From contig JAZDOG010000020.1 in assembly GCA_043798915.1 (NCBI GenBank), positions 7,281-71,280 of the forward strand: a stretch of 64,000 bases of DNA. The letters are read 5' to 3'. The notes under the pieces are model-generated. The model did no database searches. It saw only the letters and a list, made by a program, of their open reading frames with translations, and was not told the origin of the DNA. This DNA comes from Pseudomonadota bacterium (lineage in GTDB: Bacteria > UBA10199 > 2-02-FULL-44-16 > JAAZCA01). This document shows, in pieces, positions 27,871 through 38,517 of this stretch. A program made the position numbers and the translations under genes. Numbering within the stretch: position 1 is the first letter of the stretch; every line of letters begins with the position of its first letter.

Positions 27871-28798
27871 ATTCAATCTGATTGCGATGTGTTCGGTGGC
27901 ATCGATTGCTCTGCTTTTGGTGTGGAGGTACGACTGGTCCACGATATTCGACAATTACAACAAGTGCAAAGATGCCGAGTTGAATGAAGTGGATGGCTAT
28001 CCAGGCAGAGTCAGATGGTTTTGGTCGTATGTGCGCCTATTGTGGTGGAGAAGATCGCTGCGCGATCCAGCTCGGATAGAAGAAAATGCTTATAGAAAAA
28101 AAGTCGTGCCGGGTTTCCCCGGGATATTCTATTCGACGGCGAATGATCTTGCCTGCCTGTTCGAAGAGATTTTTTTGTTGAAATATTATTACTTTGAGGC
28201 GTCGTCCTCCGAGCCATTTATAGTGGATTGCGGCGGCAATATCGGCGTGAGCGTCATATTTTTCAAGATGCTTTATCCAAATGCAAAGATACTGGCATTT
28301 GAACCGAGCCGCAGAAATTTCGAGGCATTGAAAAAGAATATAGTCAGCAATAATTTAAAGGATGTGGAGATTGTCAATAAAGCACTGTCGGACAGGGAAG
28401 GTCCTTCATGGCTTCATGGCGCAGGGCTTGCTCTGGGTTCGATGATAATAGAGAGAGACGGGCAGAAGGAGGGACAGAAAGAGGAAATACATACGGTTCG
28501 CCTGTCGGATTATGTGGATCGAGAAATAGATCTTTTGAAGCTCGACATCGAGGGAATGGAAGCGGTTGTAATTCAGGATCTGGCCGATAATGACAAGCTG
28601 AAATTTATCAAGGAAATGGTGATAGAGGTTCATTATGAGGAAAATGAGCTGGAGGGCAATTTTTCCAAACTCATAAATCTATTTGAGGGAAATGGTTTTG
28701 TCTATCAGGTCAGGGGACAAAAGCTAATTCCGGTTTATAAAGAAAAATTGAGTTATATCATTCTCGTTCAGGCGTATAACAGGAGATTCAGAAATTGA
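27857..28798 (+). CDS. FkbM-family methyltransferase (Methyltransf_21)
   Basis: 'FIVDCGGNIGVSVIFF', 'ILAFEPSRRNFEALKKN' typical FkbM motifs; N-terminal hydrophobic segment. Confidence 0.75.
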   Translation: MNCIRFNLIAMCSVASIALLLVWRYDWSTIFDNYNKCKDAELNEVDGYPGRVRWFWSYVRLLWWRRSLRDPARIEENAYRKKVVPGFPGIFYSTANDLACLFEEIFLLKYYYFEASSSEPFIVDCGGNIGVSVIFFKMLYPNAKILAFEPSRRNFEALKKNIVSNNLKDVEIVNKALSDREGPSWLHGAGLALGSMIIERDGQKEGQKEEIHTVRLSDYVDREIDLLKLDIEGMEAVVIQDLADNDKLKFIKEMVIEVHYEENELEGNFSKLINLFEGNGFVYQVRGQKLIPVYKEKLSYIILVQAYNRRFRN

Positions 28799-28813
28799 AG
28801 GCGGCGGAGGGAA

Positions 28814-30277
28814 TCAATTTCCCAGGGTAGTGTAATTGCCGAACCGAAGCTTTTTTGGAAGCTGCATATCCTTCAGGGATTCTATGCCTTTGAATATTCC
28901 TGCGGACTTGAGCAGAACGAGGTAGGCCGCTGCCGTGGCCATGAATATAAAAATTCTCAAGATAATGCCGAATTGGCTGATGCAAAATAAATTGAGCGAA
29001 AGGATGCCGCCCGAAAATATTATCTTTAGCAGCGGGACCATCTGCACCGGCATTCCGTGCCGGCTGATATCGTAGCTCACCCATAAGAAGCTGATATACT
29101 GAAGGAGGATTGCCGATAAAACGGCGCCCGGCAGCCCGATCAATTTTACCAGACAAATCAGAATGAAAAGATAAAAAAGCGCCATAGATCCAGTGATCAT
29201 TGATGATCTCTTAAATCTTTCCAGGTACACCAATGTGTAGCTGACGATGTGGTTCAGAATTCTTCCGGGAACTACAAAGGCGAACATGGCAAGCAGGGCG
29301 CCGCTGTCCGCATATTTCTGGCCAAGGAGCACAGCGATAAACTCCCTTGCAAAGGATGCCAGAAAAAACACCACGGGAAGCAAAACGATGAGCGAGAGTC
29401 GCAATATATCATTCAGAAAAACCCTGCCTCGTTCCCTCGTCATCGAATTGAGCGTTGGTATAACGAAAGGTCCGATCGGAAAAAACCCGTAAAAGATCAA
29501 GACAATAGCCAGGCATGCCCGATATGATGCGAGCAGCGATGTGGTAAGAATTCCGCTGATAATTATTACATCCAGATACTCCGTTGCCGCAAAAGCGATG
29601 TTCCCCGGCGCCGTTTCCAGCGCGCCGCGTATGATCCATCCTTTGTCGATTTCAGATTTTCCGGACAGCTTTCTGAGCGTGATGCCCAATGCCATTATCA
29701 GCGCAACGGAGACACCCAGTATCTGTGCAAATATTATTCCGCTCACCCTCAGGCCGGACCATAAAAAAAATAAGAGCGAGATCAATATGATCACTTCCCG
29801 CGGGAGGCACACCTTGAGAGCAAAGGCCTTGAATTGGTTGAGGCCCGTGAAGGTCCACTCGTAAAATGAAATCAGTGAATACAGGATGTAGAGGATTGCT
29901 GACAGGCGGATGAGGTCTACGGCATATGGAATGTCATATATTGTGGCAATTGACGGTGCGGAAAGGAAAAGGACAAGCGCAAAAAACATGGTTATGAGAC
30001 CATAGAGTTTTAAATTGAAGCGATAATAGGAAGCTGCTTTTGGGTTATCGCTTTCATGATATTGGGATATGCTCTTGATCGTCATGAGGGGCATGCCGAT
30101 ATTGGACACAGAGTTGAATAAACCCACAATTGCAAAGATCAGGGCCCAGAGGCCATAGTCAGTCTTGGACAGGACGCGGATGATAATCACGCTGCATACG
30201 AACGCGATGATCCTCAAAAGTATGCTGTTGAACGCGCTATAAAATATATTTTTTATAAATGTTGTGACGGGATTCAT
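28814..30277 (-). CDS. Polysaccharide biosynthesis protein / oligosaccharide flippase (Wzx, MOP superfamily)
   Basis: 487 aa with about 12-14 TM helices and an N-terminal pattern typical of PF01943 'Polysacc_synt'. Confidence 0.7.
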   Translation of the reverse strand: MNPVTTFIKNIFYSAFNSILLRIIAFVCSVIIIRVLSKTDYGLWALIFAIVGLFNSVSNIGMPLMTIKSISQYHESDNPKAASYYRFNLKLYGLITMFFALVLFLSAPSIATIYDIPYAVDLIRLSAILYILYSLISFYEWTFTGLNQFKAFALKVCLPREVIILISLLFFLWSGLRVSGIIFAQILGVSVALIMALGITLRKLSGKSEIDKGWIIRGALETAPGNIAFAATEYLDVIIISGILTTSLLASYRACLAIVLIFYGFFPIGPFVIPTLNSMTRERGRVFLNDILRLSLIVLLPVVFFLASFAREFIAVLLGQKYADSGALLAMFAFVVPGRILNHIVSYTLVYLERFKRSSMITGSMALFYLFILICLVKLIGLPGAVLSAILLQYISFLWVSYDISRHGMPVQMVPLLKIIFSGGILSLNLFCISQFGIILRIFIFMATAAAYLVLLKSAGIFKGIESLKDMQLPKKLRFGNYTTLGN

Positions 30278-30292
30278 TTGTTTATGGACACC

Positions 30293-31162
30293 TCAATCGT
30301 GGAAACAGGGAGGATGGGCCTCGCGGCGTATCAGAAAATAGCGCGGTGGTTCATAGTGATTCTCGGCCGAGAAGGGCTTGGCGAATGACCCGCCGGCCAG
30401 ATCGTTCCGAACGAAGAAGGCATTGACGCCGGACAGACCGCAGCCGACGAGCGCATAGCCAAGCTCCTGTCCCAGGAGCTCAAAGGCCTTCAGGCTTGCG
30501 CCAAAATAAATTGTTTCATTGCAAACCTTGCCCGGCGCATAATCCACCTTCCAATCCACATCGGGCGGAAAAGTGGCATTGTATTCTATCACTACGGCGC
30601 GCGGCCTGAAAGACCCGAGCGCCTTCCACACCCAGTAGGTGTTGCGGTCTATGTCCAAGGACAGAAGGTCGAATTCCGCAGGGACCTTCATTTCCCGCAA
30701 AATATGTTCGATGTTCGCCGCAGTGACACATGCGTCAGCCAGCTTCAACCGGCCATCGGCCAACGGGGTCCGGAAGCATTGGCGAATGGCCTCTGCTGAA
30801 ACAGCGCTGCCTTCCACCCAAAGGCCATTCCATCCCTGTGACAGAAGGTAGGCCGTGTTGTTCTCCTGTCCGTCGCCTGCTGCTATTTCGACGAAGAAGC
30901 GGTTGCTTACCCCAATGCGGCGGAAGATCTCCGCCAGAATGCCATCCTCGCCGCTCTGCGAAAAAACCTGAAACTCATGCCGGTTCAATTTCCCGGGCTC
31001 GCGATATTTTTCCTGCTGAAGAAGGGTAAAATGCGTGTATTGATTCAGCTGCTGGAGCGTCTGGTTCTGCACGTTTGATTCCAGACTTATGAGAGAACTG
31101 GCAATTTGGCGAAGCTCTCGAATGGCGGGAAGCCTGTGATAGAGGTGGCGCAGCCAACCCAT
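30293..31162 (-). CDS. Hypothetical protein, possibly FkbM-like methyltransferase fold
   Basis: 'FSQSGEDGILAEIF...FFVEIAAGDG' resembles the FkbM/Methyltransf_21 N-terminal motif; otherwise unassigned. Confidence 0.35.
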   Translation of the reverse strand: MGWLRHLYHRLPAIRELRQIASSLISLESNVQNQTLQQLNQYTHFTLLQQEKYREPGKLNRHEFQVFSQSGEDGILAEIFRRIGVSNRFFVEIAAGDGQENNTAYLLSQGWNGLWVEGSAVSAEAIRQCFRTPLADGRLKLADACVTAANIEHILREMKVPAEFDLLSLDIDRNTYWVWKALGSFRPRAVVIEYNATFPPDVDWKVDYAPGKVCNETIYFGASLKAFELLGQELGYALVGCGLSGVNAFFVRNDLAGGSFAKPFSAENHYEPPRYFLIRREAHPPCFHD

Positions 31163-31341
31163 AATCTCCCCCTTCAGCGCCCTCGGCGCGCAACCACTGG
31201 AATTTACAAGAACTATCTCAAAATGACAAGGATGTATTTTGTGACTTTTTCAATAAGGCACTGTCCACTGATTCAAGGAAATGTTACAATCGGCCGAAGG
31301 CAAGTTTGGGGCAAGTTGTATAAAAAGGCGAAATATCACTG

Positions 31342-32133
31342 GTGATTTCCACGACACATGACTGGCCTCCGAATTCGCTTCTGGGGCATGGCGGCAAGCG
31401 CTCGATCCCGAGCGTGTCAAAATACTGCGACCATCTGGGTTGCACGGGTCCTCTTGTCCTCGATGTCGGCTGCGGCGATGGTATCGTGGTGAGAGAGCTT
31501 TGCAGGCGGGGTCTGAAGGCGGTCGGCGTCGATCGTCTTGCCGGGGCATGGGAGGGGTTGCCTGCTCTCGTAGCCGACGCTTTCCATCTTCCATTTCCCG
31601 ACTGCTCCTTTGACGCGGCAGGCTGTTTCGCCGTCCTCGAACATCTGGCGGAGCCGGCGCTCATCCTGAAAGAAATAGCGCGGGTGACAAGGCCGGGCGG
31701 CAGGATTGTAATAGGATGCCCCAACATGCGAGCTGTTTTCCTGCTGCATCCGGGGCATTTTGTGACCCACCGCGGCGGCCTCAGACAGAGGTTTGTAAAT
31801 TTGATTGTCTATTTGAAAACGCTTTTTAGAGCCCTTGGCTCAAAGGACATTCCGTTTGAAATCATGCCCCCCCCTGATATGACAAAAATACCACAGGGCG
31901 CCTCCGACTATAATGCATTATGCGCAACCAACTTCGTTACAGTCAAATATGCCCTCAGAAGACTCAATCTGAAGATAGTCTACATATCCGCAGGCATGGA
32001 ATATTCAAAAGGCATTTTGAAGATTATTCTGGTCAGAATCATCGACAAAATTCCTGTTGTCAGAGAATTGTTTGGTGGAATGTTCGTTGTTGCCGTAAAG
32101 AGGGAATGCGGCAGAAAGAGCGGAGGCCGATGA
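31342..32133 (+). CDS. Class I SAM-dependent methyltransferase (Methyltransf_11-like)
   Basis: Motif I 'VLDVGCGDGIVV'; 'FDAAGCFAVLEHL', 'VTRPGGRIVIGCPN'. Confidence 0.7.
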   Translation: MISTTHDWPPNSLLGHGGKRSIPSVSKYCDHLGCTGPLVLDVGCGDGIVVRELCRRGLKAVGVDRLAGAWEGLPALVADAFHLPFPDCSFDAAGCFAVLEHLAEPALILKEIARVTRPGGRIVIGCPNMRAVFLLHPGHFVTHRGGLRQRFVNLIVYLKTLFRALGSKDIPFEIMPPPDMTKIPQGASDYNALCATNFVTVKYALRRLNLKIVYISAGMEYSKGILKIILVRIIDKIPVVRELFGGMFVVAVKRECGRKSGGR

Positions 32134-32194
32134 CAGGGCATGCTCATGGGAGTCGCGCTTTGAGGCGGTTCACAGCCGTCGGATCGGAGTCCGT

Positions 32195-33706
32195 GTGAAG
32201 ATATGTTGTGTGCAACGGGATTATCATTCTGGAAAAATCCATCCATTGCAGTGGAATGGCGATCATCAGGTTCAATATTGCAGCGAATCGCGAGGTTTAA
32301 ATCCCGATCGTTATTTGAAGATGCTCTCCCAGTCAGACGTCATCGTTCGGCTTAAATTATCCCAACTGCCATTGCCTCCCACCCTGCTTGAAAATTTATT
32401 GAGCCTGTGGCTGAAGAATAAATTTTACGTGAAATGCACCGGCAGTCAGATTTTATTGGACAGCCTGTGTATAGAGATATTTGGCAATGAGGCGGTGCGG
32501 TCCGTCAAACTTCAGAAACATCGTTTTTTAGAGGACGGAGCGCTGAATGCCTTCGTGGACAGCCGCGCGGTGCCCTATTGGATGAGCTTGGAGGAACAGC
32601 GTTTTTATCTGTTGGACAATTTTGATCGATATTATTCAAAACCGAACACCTATATCATAGAGACGACGCCTTTTTGCAATCTCAAGTGTGTCAAATGCCC
32701 CCATCATTCGATGAGGTTGCCACGCCCGGCGGCAGGGGCCAAGCCCCTGCCGGGGCAGGCGTTCATGACGCTCGAGGAGTGGAAATATATTATAGATATG
32801 GTGAGCGAAGTTTCCCGCAACGCCCCGCAGCCGCCAGGCATATTCCCGGCCGTCCGCGGCGAGTGCCTTATGAATAAGGATATTATCCCGATGGTCGCCT
32901 ATGCAGCGAACAGCGGCCATATCGTAAAAATTATCACCAATGGCAATCTTCTGACTGAAGACAAGGCCAAAGGCCTCATCGATGCCGGCCTTGGTTCCAT
33001 CATCTTCAGTTTAGATGCAGTCAATGAATCACAATATGACAAACTGCAACCCGGTGGCAGTTATCGGGACGTCGTCAGGAACATAGAGAGGCTGCTGAAG
33101 CTCAGGGGCGGCATGAAAAGGCCATCCGTCGGTGTACTGTGCTGCCAAACACCTGAGAACCAGGATGATTTTCAAGAGTATCTCCGACGTTGGGAGGGGC
33201 AGGTGGATACTGTCACCGCCTCTGTCTGTTATGACATAGAGAAAGGTTTTCGACCATGGAAGGTTTTTTATCCTGTCGCAGATCGATACCCGTGTATCTA
33301 TCTGTGGGGTTCCATGCTGATTCATGCAGATGGCGGGATGGCGCTCTGCGGAATTGATGTGTCCCGAAAATATAACCTGGGCAATATCTTCAAAGGGGAT
33401 CTGCTTTCAATCTGGAACAGCGAAAAAATCCATCGCCTGCGCGAATACCAGATGAGCGACAAAAGAAAAGAGGGTTTGTGCCAGGAGTGCATATGCTGGA
33501 CGAATCCCTATTTTATCGAAAAAATAGATGGCGACAGGAGCTGGACTATAGGCCCGCAGAACATGTCGATATCGCACTATCGGCCAAAACCGCTCGGCGA
33601 ACGCGCCGCCGTTCGAACCAAAAAGCTGTTGCTCGGTCTCGGCGTTCCCAGTGGTATCATCGGCCGTCTTCGAAAATTTTATTTCAAACTTGGAAGGCGA
33701 CATTGA
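32195..33706 (+). CDS. Radical SAM/SPASM-domain protein with ~150-aa N-terminal extension
   Basis: CNLKCVKC (CxxxCxxC) at about residue 163. C-terminal SPASM-like Cys cluster CGIDVSRKYNLGNIF...GLCQECICW. True start may be an internal Met. Confidence 0.7.
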   Translation: MKICCVQRDYHSGKIHPLQWNGDHQVQYCSESRGLNPDRYLKMLSQSDVIVRLKLSQLPLPPTLLENLLSLWLKNKFYVKCTGSQILLDSLCIEIFGNEAVRSVKLQKHRFLEDGALNAFVDSRAVPYWMSLEEQRFYLLDNFDRYYSKPNTYIIETTPFCNLKCVKCPHHSMRLPRPAAGAKPLPGQAFMTLEEWKYIIDMVSEVSRNAPQPPGIFPAVRGECLMNKDIIPMVAYAANSGHIVKIITNGNLLTEDKAKGLIDAGLGSIIFSLDAVNESQYDKLQPGGSYRDVVRNIERLLKLRGGMKRPSVGVLCCQTPENQDDFQEYLRRWEGQVDTVTASVCYDIEKGFRPWKVFYPVADRYPCIYLWGSMLIHADGGMALCGIDVSRKYNLGNIFKGDLLSIWNSEKIHRLREYQMSDKRKEGLCQECICWTNPYFIEKIDGDRSWTIGPQNMSISHYRPKPLGERAAVRTKKLLLGLGVPSGIIGRLRKFYFKLGRRH

Positions 33707-33708
33707 CT

Positions 33709-34824
33709 ATGACCGATGAGTCGCCGATGAGCAATCAGGTTTATCAACTGCCTTCTCGCATTCCAGAGCTCGACGGCCTGCGTGCGATAGCCGTGCTGGC
33801 TGTGATGAGCGCTCATGCGGGGCTTCCCGGCTTCGCACGGGGTGGTGTGGGTGTTTATCTTTTTTTCGTGCTTTCAGGATTTCTCATCACCGGAATTCTC
33901 CTGGATGCTGACAAGGGTAAAGGGTATTTCAAAAACTTTTACGCTCGGCGTGCGCTTCGCATTTTTCCGATTTATTACATGACATTTGCGTTTCTATTGG
34001 CGCTGGCCTTTCTTCAGGGCTTGAAAACAAGCGATTGGCCCTGGTATCTTGCCTATGCTCAAAATTATCTTTTCATCTTCAAACATTTTCCGCCGAATTT
34101 CCCCAGCTGCTTTAATCATACCTGGTCCCTGGCCGTCGAGGAGCAGTTTTATTTCATATGGCCATTCCTCATTGGGATCCTCGGAAAAAGACGAGTGTTC
34201 ATCGTCTCCCTGATCTTCATCCCTTTGGCCATCGGCTTGCGTTGCTTTCATATCCAGGCAATCTTTGGTCCCGAGGTTTGGACGCTGCCCGTGAATCTGA
34301 ATTCGCTCGGCGGGGGGGCGGCGCTGGCAGTGGCGGTCCGTACCTTTGACCGGGAAACCCTGAAGAAAGTCTGCCGTGCGCTCTTCCTTGGTGGTGCGAT
34401 CGCCTGGGTTGTGATTCAGATATTCGTGAGCCCATATGGAATGGGCTGGCTTGAGCTTGGAATGGTTTGCTGCACTACAATAACATTCACCGGGCTCGTT
34501 GGAACAGCTGTGCTGTCACCGCCGTCGCTACTATCCGGTTTTCTTAGCCTTGGCTGGATGCGCTATATCGGCAAAATCAGTTATGGATTATATCTGTACC
34601 ACCCGCTGGTTTTTCTTTTGATGTGGCACTTGTTCAGGGGGCAAGTGGTCAGGCCAGATCATGGCAAGGGTGTGATCCTTTTGTTGGTCCTGGCCAAATT
34701 CGGTTTGACTTTCGTTGCAGCCTCCTTATCATGGCTCCTTTTGGAAAAGCGCATGAATGGTTTCAAGAAGAAGTTTGAATATACCAGAGTCACCCTGAGC
34801 CGCATTGCCCAAGCTCCGATGTAA
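33709..34824 (+). CDS. Acyltransferase family 3 (OafA/OatA-like membrane O-acyltransferase)
   Basis: ATG at 33709. N-terminal 'LDGLRAIAVLAVMSAHAG', 'GVGVYLFFVLSGFLIT', 'RRALRIFPIYY' hallmarks of Acyl_transf_3; about 10 TM helices. Confidence 0.8.
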   Translation: MTDESPMSNQVYQLPSRIPELDGLRAIAVLAVMSAHAGLPGFARGGVGVYLFFVLSGFLITGILLDADKGKGYFKNFYARRALRIFPIYYMTFAFLLALAFLQGLKTSDWPWYLAYAQNYLFIFKHFPPNFPSCFNHTWSLAVEEQFYFIWPFLIGILGKRRVFIVSLIFIPLAIGLRCFHIQAIFGPEVWTLPVNLNSLGGGAALAVAVRTFDRETLKKVCRALFLGGAIAWVVIQIFVSPYGMGWLELGMVCCTTITFTGLVGTAVLSPPSLLSGFLSLGWMRYIGKISYGLYLYHPLVFLLMWHLFRGQVVRPDHGKGVILLLVLAKFGLTFVAASLSWLLLEKRMNGFKKKFEYTRVTLSRIAQAPM

Positions 34825-34870
34825 GGAGTTAGCGGATGCGAGGGTGCTTGTTGAAGGGTGAGAACAGGAG

Positions 34871-36295
34871 GTGTTGATGTGCTCAGCTGATGGTGAAACA
34901 GGAACGAGGAAGAGCTTCATCGCTGCGACCATAAAGTTTTTTTCGTCATGGCGTGGAATGCATTTTTTTATCTTGGCATTTGTTATGGCGGTTGCCTTTT
35001 CTTTTATTTTTCCGCAAAAAATTGAATATGATTCCACGCAGTATGAGCATCTTGGATGGAACATTTCCCAGGGAAACGGTTTGTCAGATGCCTCGGCAGC
35101 GCCTTTTGTGCCGACCTCAGGCCGCGAGCCGGTCTATCCGCTCTTTATCAGTTTGTTTTATCTTTTTTTTGGAAGACATCCGGAAATTGTGCTGGTAGCC
35201 CAGTCGCTGTTGCATGCAACCACTGCTCTTTTGATCTACCGGCTGGCCTGTCGATGGTTTTCCTTAAGCGTGGCCGGTCTGGCCGGCTTTCTGACCGCTG
35301 TGGATCCAACCCTTTATGGTTTTTGCAGCTACTTGCTGACAGAACCCCTGGCTCTCTTTTTGCTGGCCTCGTTCGTCTATTTGGCGGTTTTCGTGCGAGA
35401 GCGGAATGGTCTGGCTTTCTCCTTGGCGGGGGGGGCACTGCTCGGCGCTTTGGCGCTTTGTCGTGCGGTGTTTATGTTTTTGCCGGTTGTTTTTTTTGTG
35501 TTTATGGTGTTTTCGCGTTTTCCATCAAAACTTGGAAAAAGGATCGTTTATGGGATGATTCTGATCCTTGTTTTTATGAGTGTTCTTTCGCCATGGTTGT
35601 ATAGGAATAAAAAGGCATTCGGTGTTGCTTTTATCACCGCGCGTTCAGGCGAGATGCTTTTGTGGAAGGCGTTGAGGACAGAGCACTCCCCAAGGGAAAT
35701 GCTCGTGGATCTTGTTTATGGAACATCGGATACTCTGGGCCGAAAATTATTTCCCGATGATTATTCGAGGATGAATATCAGCGGGGAACATGGTCCGGAA
35801 AACGTATATCCCATTGGCGTAGAGAGATATATGCGGTATCTTGCCGATGGGTACTCTGAGCTTGAGGCCGATCGCCTGCTTCGAATCGATGCGATTAGGA
35901 TAATTATAAAACGCCCCTTTAAATACATCGCTCAGTGTTTTGTCGACGCGTGGAAGCTCTCTTTTTTTGAGATAGTTCCATTTGCCTACTCAACACGGTT
36001 CAATCAGTTGATGCAAAGGGGAGATTGTCTGTTAGGCTTGGGGACCGCCCTGAGGATACTGCTTCGTTATGTGTATTCATGGCTGATAATTTTATTGGCT
36101 GTCAAAGGATTTCTGGAAGTCCAAAAAGAATGGAGACGAAAATGTCTGTTGCTGGTACCAATTATTTATACGATAGGGACGGCCATTCCATTTGATGTTA
36201 GCGGGAGATACGTCTATCCTGCATTGCCATTTATCCTGATTTTAGCATCGGTATCGGTTGTCAATTTCATTGAAAGAAAACAGCCGTCTTTGTAA
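34871..36295 (+). CDS. GT-C superfamily membrane glycosyltransferase (ArnT/PMT_2-like); paralog of 42463..43839
   Basis: 'YDSTQYEHLGWNISQGNGLS...REPVYPLFIS' closely parallels 'YDAAQYEHLGWNLSQGNGLS...REPLYPFFIS' in the paralog; multiple TM helices. Confidence 0.55.
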   Translation: MLMCSADGETGTRKSFIAATIKFFSSWRGMHFFILAFVMAVAFSFIFPQKIEYDSTQYEHLGWNISQGNGLSDASAAPFVPTSGREPVYPLFISLFYLFFGRHPEIVLVAQSLLHATTALLIYRLACRWFSLSVAGLAGFLTAVDPTLYGFCSYLLTEPLALFLLASFVYLAVFVRERNGLAFSLAGGALLGALALCRAVFMFLPVVFFVFMVFSRFPSKLGKRIVYGMILILVFMSVLSPWLYRNKKAFGVAFITARSGEMLLWKALRTEHSPREMLVDLVYGTSDTLGRKLFPDDYSRMNISGEHGPENVYPIGVERYMRYLADGYSELEADRLLRIDAIRIIIKRPFKYIAQCFVDAWKLSFFEIVPFAYSTRFNQLMQRGDCLLGLGTALRILLRYVYSWLIILLAVKGFLEVQKEWRRKCLLLVPIIYTIGTAIPFDVSGRYVYPALPFILILASVSVVNFIERKQPSL

Positions 36296-36313
36296 AACCG
36301 CATTTCATGAGAG

Positions 36314-37225
36314 TCAGGGTTTCTCCGATTTTGTGAGCATGGACAGCGTTCTATCGGGGAGCGCGACGCCATTCTGTTCAGCCAAAAACCCCATTGCCAT
36401 TATTATAGAGACGGCAATCAAAAAAAAGCTCGCCAGCGATATTGCGAAACGAGCCTGGGCCGAATATATGGCCAACAGGATCATGAATGCGCCGGTTATT
36501 GACATTGCAGTGATCAAGGCGAGAAATGCCTTGATCGGATTATAGAGCAGGATTGCCCTCACTATAAGCTGGAGCGTCCACAGCACGTCCCTTTTGAATT
36601 TAATCTTGCTTTTGCCCTTTCTTGCGAAATACGTTATCGGCGTGTGCGCGACGAATCTGCCGGAGAGGAGGCTGACCAAGGTGATCGTTGTCGTGATGGA
36701 GAAGCCGCCACACAGCACTCGCCAGAAGTCGGTGAAGATATCCTTTCTTATTACGCGCATGCCGCTGTTTACATCCGGTATGGAGCGGCCGGTCGCAGAT
36801 TCGCACAGCATGCGGAAGAATATACGAGCTATTCGCAGGATTATGTTTCCATGATATATCTTTCCTTGTCTGGCCCCGACCAGCATGTCGAGATTCCTGT
36901 CGGCCAGGCTCTGCACCATTTCTGGCAAAACCTCCACCGGGTATGTTCCATCGGCATCTATCATGGCGATGATTTCGTGTTTTGCGTTTGCGACTCCTGT
37001 CTTTACGGAATTGCCGTACCCTATGTTGCAGGGGTGTCTGAAGACTCTCGCCCCGGCCTCCTCCGACATTCGGGCTGTTTCATCGGCGGAGCCGTCGTCC
37101 ACGACGATGAGCTCAGCCTCGATATCGGAGGAATCAAATGCCAGTTTGAGTTTTTCAAGCATTTCAGCAATATGCGGGCCCTCATTGAGGGCCGGGATAA
37201 CAACGGAGACTCCTAACCGTTTCAT
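36314..37225 (-). CDS. GT2 polyprenyl-phosphate sugar synthase (Dpm1/ArnC/GtrB-like) with C-terminal TM anchor
   Basis: 'VVIPALNEGPHI', 'VVDDGSADETA', 'DADGTYP' DXD region; two C-terminal TM helices typical of ArnC/GtrB. Confidence 0.8.
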   Translation of the reverse strand: MKRLGVSVVIPALNEGPHIAEMLEKLKLAFDSSDIEAELIVVDDGSADETARMSEEAGARVFRHPCNIGYGNSVKTGVANAKHEIIAMIDADGTYPVEVLPEMVQSLADRNLDMLVGARQGKIYHGNIILRIARIFFRMLCESATGRSIPDVNSGMRVIRKDIFTDFWRVLCGGFSITTTITLVSLLSGRFVAHTPITYFARKGKSKIKFKRDVLWTLQLIVRAILLYNPIKAFLALITAMSITGAFMILLAIYSAQARFAISLASFFLIAVSIIMAMGFLAEQNGVALPDRTLSMLTKSEKP

Positions 37226-37236
37226 AATTTTACCCC

Positions 37237-38457
37237 CTACTTAAGATTGCGCATGTGCTGAGCCAGCTCAACAGACGGCAACAGCTCCTCAGCGATATGT
37301 TTTCCGATAAGCTCCGATGTTTCTTCAGTGGGATGGCTGGTGTCATCGAAAAAAATGTCGCGCGGACGCATTATTTTTTTGCCCCATTTTTCCAGATCGA
37401 TCACCTGCAATCCACGCTGCTTTGCCAATCGGCGCAGGTCGAAGTTATACTGTTCAATAAGCTTTGCAAGGACATAGGGATTGTTTGTATAGGGCGGCAG
37501 AAAGCCGACCTTAAAGGCCCTTTCGCTCGGCTCTTCCTCCATGATATAAAGGCTTGGTATTGTGATTATGACTACCTTGCTTCCCACCGATTGCATTTCA
37601 TCTATGATCTTTGCAATATCCTTCAAAAATTTTGGGTTGTATCCTTCTGCGCTGTGAACCTGCGGTGCATTTTTGTCGGGAGCCATTGCCCTCCTGAGCC
37701 ATCCCTGCGATTCAATTTTCCGCATGCCTATAACCAGATTGGCAAGTCTCATGAAAGCGCTTCTCGCAAGTCGGAAACTCGCTAAATAGCTTTCAATTCC
37801 TCCAGCCGGACCTTCCTCCCATATGGAATTCCATCCAAGATATATTGTTGTGATTTCAGGTCGAAGCTCCTTCATTTTTTCTATGTTGAGGAGGACGTCC
37901 TTTGGTCGATAGCCTTCAACACCGGCATTGACGACCTCAATCCTTTTACCCCGGTTGCGAAGTTCGCGTTCCAACGCTCTCGGGTAGGAATATTTGTCAA
38001 ATAACGACCGAAATGTGCATGAATCGCCGATAGTCAGAATCCTCGGTTGGCTGTGCGTCTTGTCTATCTCGGGTCCTTTGAATCCATCGCTGTTTATCTG
38101 ATATATGATTTCATCCTGATTGAAATTTAATTGAGAGGCTCGGTCGGTTAAATGTTTGACGGCCAAAAATCGCCCTGAATATTCTTTTGCGTTGACTGTT
38201 TGTTCCAATGTTCTCGAGATTCCAGGCCTCAAAACCCAGCTGAGCGATGGATGTTTCGGGTCTGGCATCTCATATTCGTTCAAATCTGGTGTTGCAGCGA
38301 GGTTCAAAAAAGTTTTGATTTCGTCACGAAAGACGAATGCGAGGCGCGAACCGCCTTCTATAATTATTCCTGTCAATACAATCACAAGGAAGATAAACAA
38401 GAACCGAACGTCGTGCGAGCGTCTTTTAGCGTTCTTTATTTTCCCTCCGTCAGCCAT
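37237..38457 (-). CDS. SGNH/GDSL-family hydrolase or acyltransferase with N-terminal TM anchor; paralog of 61923..63098
   Basis: 'RILTIGDSCTFRS' GDS(x) nucleophile block, 'VNAGVEGY' block II. Paralog shares RILTIGDSCTFGS, NAGVEGY, TIY(L/I)GWN. Confidence 0.65.
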   Translation of the reverse strand: MADGGKIKNAKRRSHDVRFLFIFLVIVLTGIIIEGGSRLAFVFRDEIKTFLNLAATPDLNEYEMPDPKHPSLSWVLRPGISRTLEQTVNAKEYSGRFLAVKHLTDRASQLNFNQDEIIYQINSDGFKGPEIDKTHSQPRILTIGDSCTFRSLFDKYSYPRALERELRNRGKRIEVVNAGVEGYRPKDVLLNIEKMKELRPEITTIYLGWNSIWEEGPAGGIESYLASFRLARSAFMRLANLVIGMRKIESQGWLRRAMAPDKNAPQVHSAEGYNPKFLKDIAKIIDEMQSVGSKVVIITIPSLYIMEEEPSERAFKVGFLPPYTNNPYVLAKLIEQYNFDLRRLAKQRGLQVIDLEKWGKKIMRPRDIFFDDTSHPTEETSELIGKHIAEELLPSVELAQHMRNLK

Positions 38458-38517
38458 GTTGTTGTCAGGGGCTGGTCTTCGCGAGATAATTTTATATTGA
38501 GCACATGCTTTAAAGCG